Virus record (IMG/VR): IMGVR_UViG_3300044608_002262
Span: 2,801 to 66,800 of that record
Direction: 5' to 3' (one strand)
From: a virus
Length of the DNA stretch: 64,000 bases
The position numbers and the translations under genes are program-made. The notes under the pieces are model-generated. The model ran no database searches. It was not told the origin of the DNA and saw nothing but the letters and a program-made list of their open reading frames with translations. This document shows, piece after piece, positions 57,672 through 64,000 of the stretch. Position 1 is the first letter of the stretch, and each line of letters starts with the position of its first letter.

Positions 57672-57888
57672 CTTTCATTAGGGTTAGGGTGAAGAAGGGC
57701 GCGAAGAACGTGATTCCGAGCAGTTCCATGTCGGCGGCATTGCTTGGCTCCGTTTCATGCAGTTGCAGGCTGGCCAAAGCCAACGCTTGCCCGAGCAGGT
57801 ATCTGCCGCGCGCCGAATCGAGCAATTCCGTGGCGGCTTGCTCGCGTTCTTCTTTGGTCAGGTGGCCGTATTTGTTGAGGGCGTTCAT
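57646..57888 (-). CDS. Hypothetical protein
   Basis: Operon chain. Confidence 0.5.
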   Translation of the reverse strand: MNALNKYGHLTKEEREQAATELLDSARGRYLLGQALALASLQLHETEPSNAADMELLGITFFAPFFTLTLMKDELHEPAQ

Positions 57889-58217
57889 GTCAGGGATTTT
57901 CCTTTCGACGGGTGCGACATCACTTCGCTGTCGATGATTGCGTTGAGTCTGGCCTCGATCCGGTCGAGGAACGATTTGCGAACTTGCGTGGGTTTCCATG
58001 CGCGTTGCTGTGCTTTTGAAAGCGCACGCTTTTTGACGGCGGCGCGGTTCATGGTGCTTTGCCTTTTTACGGCTTCGGTTTCGGTGGTCATAAATGGGGA
58101 ATGTCTTGCTGCATGGCAGCTAAAGCGGCGGCGTCCGTTGTGGCGGCGGCAGTATTCGCCTTCGCGCGCCCCGCACTCGGGGCAGGGTTTAGCGCGCGCA
58201 TCTTTGCGAGATTTCAT
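57885..58217 (-). CDS. Zinc-finger protein
   Basis: CPECGAREGEYC..HAAR. Confidence 0.7.
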   Translation of the reverse strand: MKSRKDARAKPCPECGAREGEYCRRHNGRRRFSCHAARHSPFMTTETEAVKRQSTMNRAAVKKRALSKAQQRAWKPTQVRKSFLDRIEARLNAIIDSEVMSHPSKGKSLT

Positions 58218-58603
58218 TTCGCCGTGAGGCGCGGCATCTTCGCCACCATGAATCTCTCCTCCGAGCAGAGGACGAGGTAGAGGTGGTCATGGCCGGGATC
58301 GGGCATGGGGTCGTTGCCTTGCACTTCCTGCCGATAGAGGTTGAGGAATTCCATCGGGCTGGTGATGGTCAGGGCGGCGATCCTTCCGGCCTCGCGTTCC
58401 TTGTCGCGCATGGCTTCCAATTCCTCGCGCTCCTTGAAGCCGAGGGCCACGTTGACGGCCTTCTCGTCTTCGAGGTCGAGCACCCAGAAGACCGGCAGTT
58501 CGTCATTCACGGCGAACTTGGCGAGGTCGGTGTGGTAGTTGAGCAGCGACTTGATGCGCTCGCTAACGCCAGCGGTGTTTGATCCAGTGTGGTGTGGTTT
58601 CAT
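58214..58603 (-). CDS. Hypothetical protein
   Basis: Operon chain. Confidence 0.55.
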   Translation of the reverse strand: MKPHHTGSNTAGVSERIKSLLNYHTDLAKFAVNDELPVFWVLDLEDEKAVNVALGFKEREELEAMRDKEREAGRIAALTITSPMEFLNLYRQEVQGNDPMPDPGHDHLYLVLCSEERFMVAKMPRLTAK

Positions 58604-59141
58604 CGGGAGAGCGGGTTTGTATGGGGTAATGACTATTGCGTTGTTTCATCACGACGCCCTCGTAGAAGGGCGTGTTCCAGAGGAAGTTGCGGCGGAGCAG
58701 CAGATCGTAAATGCTTTGAGCATCACTCATGGGATAGCTCGGTGTCAGCAGCACGGCATCCTGCCGTGGCGGTTTGTCGTGGTGCAGCACCTCAAACCAC
58801 GATTGCAGCAGGGTCCGCCGCTCGTCGTAGGTTCCCTCGGTCACGGCATCGAGGATGATGAGTGCTCCGCGTCCGATCCCGTGGCGGCGCTCCAGCCCCT
58901 CGCAGTCGATCCATTCGAGGGTGGGGGCCGTTTCCCAGACGGCCTTGAGGGCAATGAGGGCCAAACGGAAATCGCCTGCGATGGAAAGCGGTTTGCCGTG
59001 CCGGTTGTAGGCCGTTCCGGTTGGCGCGTGAACGAGCACGCGCCAACCATTGAACTTCGGCTCCACCGCCCAATCGCCGCGCTTGGGTGGAGCAAGATCC
59101 AGCCGTCCGCCGCTGATCGGGCGTGCAGGGTAGGTAATCAT
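58563..59141 (-). CDS. ATP-dependent ligase-type nucleotidyltransferase domain only (192 aa)
   Basis: EPKFNGWR (I), IDCE (III), ILD (IIIa), EGVVMK (IV), WIKHR (V). Confidence 0.8.
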   Translation of the reverse strand: MITYPARPISGGRLDLAPPKRGDWAVEPKFNGWRVLVHAPTGTAYNRHGKPLSIAGDFRLALIALKAVWETAPTLEWIDCEGLERRHGIGRGALIILDAVTEGTYDERRTLLQSWFEVLHHDKPPRQDAVLLTPSYPMSDAQSIYDLLLRRNFLWNTPFYEGVVMKQRNSHYPIQTRSPDETTPHWIKHRWR

Positions 59142-59688
59142 GGCAAGGCGAAGCCGTCGAATACCGCGTCCTCAAACTGTCGGACGTAGCTGGGGAGATC
59201 CAAGTTCCAGTTCGAGATGAAGCGCAGTTGGCAACTGTGCTCGAAGATGTCGGGCAACTCCTCGATCCGGTAGATGCCGTATTCGCTATGGCGCGCATCA
59301 TCGGCTGCCGCCTTGTCATCGAGCAGATAGATTTTGTGGCATCCGTCGAAGGCGAACAGCTTGGCTTTGATGGTTTTTCCGTTGATGGTCATGACGAGCA
59401 CCATCCTCCGATGAGCCAGAATTTCTGGCCGTTTTCGTTGTAGGAAACAGCCAAGGGTGCTTCCCACTTTTCGTGCCGGTCGGCGACGACCTCGCGCGCT
59501 TCGTCTTCAGTGGCCAGCATGGCATCATTCCATCGTGGCTTACCTTTGAGCATCCCGATGCAGCCGGAGTAGGAATGGCCGCTTTCGTATCGAGACTGCT
59601 CGCACATATCCTCCCAGACTTGGAGGATGCCTGTTTCGCCCAGCTCATCGGCAAACAGCCGGTAGTTGAATGTCGCTCCCATGGTCAT
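59138..59688 (-). CDS. Two small early ORFs (59138-59392 FAFDGCHKIY; 59389-59688)
   Basis: ATGA overlaps; protein-like sequences. Confidence 0.6.
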
Positions 59689-60326
59689 TCTTTCGTCTTG
59701 GTCTTGACCATGGCCACGAGCGGCACGAGGCGGTCGAGTTCGAGGTTGGTGTCCTTGTCGAACGCGGTGTGCCGTGCGGTGTGGAACTCCTTGGTCGGTT
59801 TGATGATCGCCTTGGCGGTCAGGGCTTCGCTCGCATTGTGCTTGGCGAATAGCTCTTGCATCTCGGCGATGAGGGCTTCGGCGGCATCCTCGGGGATGGC
59901 ATCGCCATCGACGCGCAACTCGAAGGATTGGTGGAAGTAGCGCGCGGCGGCTTCGTCACCGATCGCTTTGGCGATGGCCGCATCGTCGTTGGTCGCCTTG
60001 TAGCGGTTTTGCAGGGTGACGAGCACTTCCTTGTCGCCGCTGCGGGCCGATACGCTGGAGGGGATGGCGGTCTTACCGGCGTTCGTCTCGAAGTAATGCT
60101 GCTTGGCAATACTCGTGATCTGCGCCTTGTCGATCTTCAGTGCGCCTTCGAGGGCTTCGATGGCGCGGCTGCGGTCGAGGATGGACTCGACCAATCGGGC
60201 GACATCGCCTTCCTCGTCGGGGATCACCGGATACGCTTTGGCCGATTTCTCCGATTTCTGGGCGATAGCGCCGAGGTTGAGTTTCTTGATTCCGGTTTTG
60301 GCCGGAGTTGTTGTTGCAGTAGGCAT
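59685..60326 (-). CDS. Hypothetical protein
   Basis: Long ORF, start MPTATT. Confidence 0.7.
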   Translation of the reverse strand: MPTATTTPAKTGIKKLNLGAIAQKSEKSAKAYPVIPDEEGDVARLVESILDRSRAIEALEGALKIDKAQITSIAKQHYFETNAGKTAIPSSVSARSGDKEVLVTLQNRYKATNDDAAIAKAIGDEAAARYFHQSFELRVDGDAIPEDAAEALIAEMQELFAKHNASEALTAKAIIKPTKEFHTARHTAFDKDTNLELDRLVPLVAMVKTKTKE

Positions 60327-60402
60327 AGTCTTACTAATGCTTGCGGTGTTCGGTTCAGAGGAGGCAACGCGGTGAACACCGGCCACGTTGCGGAAAGACA
60401 GG

Positions 60403-60693
60403 TCAGGCGATTTTGCGCTCGCCGAGGCGTGGAGTCTGGAACAGGGGAACTTGGATCAGATTTGCGGGCCTCGCGGGAGCGTGGTAGTCGTGCGACGAGC
60501 GGCACACATCGTCCGCGCGGCCCATGTCCACGAGCCGAGTATGTTTGCAGGAGCGAGTGCCATCGGAGGTGGTGCGCCGGGTCCACCCACGGCAATTACA
60601 GGAGGTCGCGCCATCGCTGTATTGCAGGGTTTCGTATTCGGCGTCCGAGCTATCCGAGGAAAAGGCCCAGACGCGGGATATTTGCTTGGTCAT
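60403..60693 (-). CDS. SWIM zinc-finger protein
   Basis: SCNC.GW......CKH. Confidence 0.75.
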   Translation of the reverse strand: MTKQISRVWAFSSDSSDAEYETLQYSDGATSCNCRGWTRRTTSDGTRSCKHTRLVDMGRADDVCRSSHDYHAPARPANLIQVPLFQTPRLGERKIA

Positions 60694-60821
60694 AAAATAG
60701 TAACCACCTTGTCGGAATCGAACCGACGATGAGAGTTTTGCGGACTCTTGCCTTGCCACTTGGCTAAAGGTGGAGAGTTGCCCCCGCGCCACTGCCACAC
60801 GGCAGGGCGCGAGGGTGTGCG

Positions 60822-61949
60822 CTATGCAGCAGCACAATGGGGTTCGGCATGGATGGCGCGCTGGCCGATGCCGCCGAAAGTCGCGGTGCGTTTCTGGGCG
60901 GTGGCGATCTGATCTTGCACCACCCGCATGAGGTCAAGTTTTTCCGCCGCAGTGAGATTGTGGACGGAGCGGTGGCCGCTTTGCACGAGCTTGAGTGTTT
61001 CGAGAGCTTCCAGAAGATCGTGGGTCCGCAAGGCCTGTTGGTTGCGGCGATACTCTTGCATTAGCGGGCACTTATTGTTGGCTTTGGTCACGGCTTCTCG
61101 GAGGTCCGCGCCGTAGGTCAGGCTCGTCCCCCTGTGTGCCGCCGCATAAACCCTCCGCACGATGATTCCGTCTTCGGTGGTGATACGGAATCCCCGCCCC
61201 TGCTTTGCGACCTTGGCCGCGTAGTGTTCTTCCCATACGCGAACTCCAGCCCCGCGAATGGCGCGGCGGTAGTGCGCCGATTTGACTTCACCACTGTAAA
61301 TCTTTTTGTGATCGAGCAGTGCTATCTGCGAGTAACCCATCTCACGTTGCAGGTGTAGGTGCATGGGCAAGACCCGTGCGTTCCAATCGTGCGGCAAGAC
61401 AACTTTCCAATGGGAGTGCGTCTCGATCCACCTCCAGTTCCAAGAATGAGCGTGCTGGGAGCGTGTTCCTTGAAAAGTCACCTGCGAAGGGTCGTCGGTG
61501 TAAGTGAATTCTAAGTGATGTCGATCTCGACTGCCGCGCGTAAAACCTCCGCCGACACGATCGGCCAGCTTTCGTCTCCGTTCCCTCTTATATTTATCCA
61601 GCCGCTCGGCCAGTGGCGGGACAATAGCATGGCTGTAATAATACAGATGAGTGTCGGCGGGTGCCAAGCTCAGCCTCCCGCGCCAGAAGCAAGTTTTAAC
61701 CGGCGTTTTTCCGGCTTTGCGAAAGCGCCGATGCACGCGCGCTTTTCGTATATCCGCGTGCAACTGGTGGATCTCCTCGACCGCGACTTTGATAGGGATA
61801 TTCTTGCGTCCCTTTGCCGCTCTGACCATTTCGGCGATCTGCTTTTTTGTAGCGCGGTATTCTTGCGACAGGTCAACAGCCACCTTGAACAGCCGCTTGC
61901 CGAGCGACCGCATGGCGTTGGGGTTGGTGAAGTAGGGGGTGGTGTTCAT
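60822..61949 (-). CDS. Basic hypothetical protein (375 aa)
   Basis: Long ORF. Confidence 0.65.
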   Translation of the reverse strand: MNTTPYFTNPNAMRSLGKRLFKVAVDLSQEYRATKKQIAEMVRAAKGRKNIPIKVAVEEIHQLHADIRKARVHRRFRKAGKTPVKTCFWRGRLSLAPADTHLYYYSHAIVPPLAERLDKYKRERRRKLADRVGGGFTRGSRDRHHLEFTYTDDPSQVTFQGTRSQHAHSWNWRWIETHSHWKVVLPHDWNARVLPMHLHLQREMGYSQIALLDHKKIYSGEVKSAHYRRAIRGAGVRVWEEHYAAKVAKQGRGFRITTEDGIIVRRVYAAAHRGTSLTYGADLREAVTKANNKCPLMQEYRRNQQALRTHDLLEALETLKLVQSGHRSVHNLTAAEKLDLMRVVQDQIATAQKRTATFGGIGQRAIHAEPHCAAA

Positions 61950-62191
61950 AGAGTGGGTATTCCGAAGTTGGTTCCGTTCCACAGGTCGAGGGAAGTAAGC
62001 AGGACTCCGGCCTCGTTGCCTTCATCGTCACTTGAGGGATAAACGAGCACCCCATTGTCGAGTTCGAGAACGATCGCGCGGTGCGACCAGATTTGTTCGT
62101 CGCGCTCCGCTTCGGTCATGTAGCGGACTTTGACAATGGTGCGTCCAAGCAGCACATTCTCCGCCTGTTTTGTCCAATGTGTTTCAGTCAT
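61946..62191 (-). CDS. Small phage protein (LLGRTIVKVRYM..SSDDEGN)
   Basis: Recognisable phage motif. Confidence 0.7.
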   Translation of the reverse strand: MTETHWTKQAENVLLGRTIVKVRYMTEAERDEQIWSHRAIVLELDNGVLVYPSSDDEGNEAGVLLTSLDLWNGTNFGIPTL

Positions 62192-62441
62192 AGGAAGGTA
62201 TGGGTGTTGAGAGATCGAGGTCGATCAGGTTTAGTTTGATGGCGATGCGGGTGATGTCGGCGGTGTTGCGCGCCCCGAAGCGGTCGTGGATCATTTGGCG
62301 GAATTTTTCCACAGTCTTGATGCTCACGTTCAGTTCGTCGGCGATCTCCTTGTTGATGCGGCCAAGGGCGACGAGGGCGGCGGTTTCCGCCATGCGGTCA
62401 GACATAAGAGGGTGAAACTGGATAATGGGCTTGTATCTCAC
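62184..62441 (-). CDS. Stand-alone LuxR-type HTH regulator
   Basis: GRINKEIADELNVSIKTVE. Confidence 0.85.
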   Translation of the reverse strand: MRYKPIIQFHPLMSDRMAETAALVALGRINKEIADELNVSIKTVEKFRQMIHDRFGARNTADITRIAIKLNLIDLDLSTPIPSYD

Positions 62442-63987
62442 AGGGATGGCTTGGGGATGTAGCCGAGTTCGGCGTATTCGACTTCGACGATGCCTTCCGC
62501 GTCCGAGTGGTCGCAGCAGTAGCGGTCCATGACTTCATAGACCCGCTGGCTGTATTCCTTCGGGTAGCGAACGGCGGGATGGTTGTGCAGGTTGTAGTTG
62601 GTGTGTAGTTTCATGGGAGAATGATGTCGGCCTGCTCCATCGTGGCGCAAAGCCAGACCTGAAATTGTCCATTCACAGGCGGCACGATCAGGGTTTCGAC
62701 GCCGCCCCAGCCTTCATTCAGTTGTCGGGCGATCTCCGCCGACTCTGGGCCGCATTGCTGCTCAAAACGCCACGCATGGGCGGGATGTGTGCGGGTATAG
62801 ACACCTACAGTTGGGTATTTTTTCATAGAGAATTTAGAGTGCGCGGCCATTGGCCACGATGACGTTGCGGAGGACGCTGCTTTGCCCCCGCCGGTTGGAG
62901 AGTTTCTTGAACGTCTTGAATTCGTCGGGCCGCATGAGTTGGATCGAAGCAGCGGTCTTGTGTCCGTAGATCATGGCCCCGCGATACTTCGGCACAGGGC
63001 GCGATTGCGCGCAGGGCAGGCAAGTCGGCAGTCCGAGGGCAGCGCGCCCTTCTTCGAGCGGATTACCGCAGAGGCAAGTCATTCGTTGTATTCGAGGATG
63101 TGTTTGACTGCCTCGATGCAGGGCATTTCGGGCTTCTTGAAGAACTTGTTGAATTCCTTGGTCAGCACCTCGAATTCACGGCTTTCCGTGTGGATGCCTT
63201 GATCTTGGAGTTCCTTGGCAATCTCCATGATGCCTGCGTTCCAGTTCCATTCGTTGCAGAGGTTGATGGCCCATTGCCGGAGTGCGGTTTTCATAAAGTC
63301 ACCACGCGAGTTCCACTTCGTCCACGCCAAGCTCGGCGCACTTGGCCAGTGCGCGCTCTTGGTCGATTTCGTCCGGTCCTTCGTGCCAGAACTCCCAAGA
63401 ATCATTGGGAGAGTTGGGTTGATATGCGCCTTCTTTGCCGCCGTTCTTCACTCCGAAGTAGAAGTAAGGGCCGCATTGATAGACGACATCGGTGGTGTGC
63501 CGATTCACTCGCTTGGCGAGCACATGATGGGTTTTGGTTTTCATGGATTCTGGATTCCTTGGCAGACGCCGGTATTGGTGGTGAGGAAATGGGCGTTGGC
63601 GTCGTTCGTCCAATCCTCAAAGAGAAAGGTGTTTTCGGGAGTGCGGTGGAATAGGCACTGCGAGATGCGGGTGTGCTTTCCGTTCTCGACGCACATGACC
63701 AAGATGGCCTCGGCGCGGTCGGGACGTTCGCTCGGTGCGCGGTTATCGCCGTCGAGACAGGCGGCGAGCCACACCTCTTGCACGAGGACAAACCAATCGA
63801 AGTTGGCGGCGAAGTAGCGCAAAGCCACTTGCATTTCCTCGCGGCTCATCGGCAGCGGCACAATAGCTTCTGGAGCCAAGACCATAGGAGTGAGCGATCC
63901 TTGCTTTGCCAAGATGCGCTGCGAAGTAGTCTTGGCGTGCTCGAACATTTCGTTGGATGTCATACGTATTTCGCTGAATGCTTTCAT
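62438..63987 (-). CDS. Six small early ORFs (62438-62614, 62611-62826, 62834-63082 Zn-finger CLCG..CLPC, 63079-63294, 63299-63544, 63541-63987)
   Basis: Tightly packed, overlapping stop/start chain. Confidence 0.55.
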
Positions 63988-64000
63988 AGGTAAAAGGAAG

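Overview
The window looks like most or all of a temperate, tailed dsDNA phage genome in its excised form (an intact attP-like site lies inside it). It is GC-rich. SD-poor A/C-rich leaders and heptamer repeats hint at a Verrucomicrobia/PVC host, which is inference only. Layout: a leftward block of small early genes (1-5.3 kb and 55.2-64 kb, including a beta-clamp, a minimal ligase-like domain, and LuxR and SWIM proteins); a rightward late region (phosphoesterase, FkbM methyltransferase, gpW, lambda-type portal, two glycosyltransferases, three odd basic modular ORFs, protease/scaffold, decoration protein, major capsid, neck, tail, tape measure, baseplate/fibres, holin-lipoprotein-CHAP lysis); a divergent RHH-like switch, xis/int/attP, a primase-helicase replication module and a lambda-type terminase. 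The most striking unexplained system is a set of three head-region ORFs (1420, 288 and 196 aa). They are built of small cationic, Gly/Ala-rich hydrophobic modules separated by a recurrent linker (hydrophobic-[SE]-x(n)-[VIL]-x-[FL]) that also occurs in the scaffold. They are candidate prohead-protease-processed polyproteins delivering a library of peptides. A second candidate system is a TTGAC motif fixed 19-22 nt upstream of about 10 late-gene starts, together with two phage sigma-region-4-like proteins. Tail genes also occur systematically as paralog pairs. All family calls are from motif recognition by eye; no searches were run.
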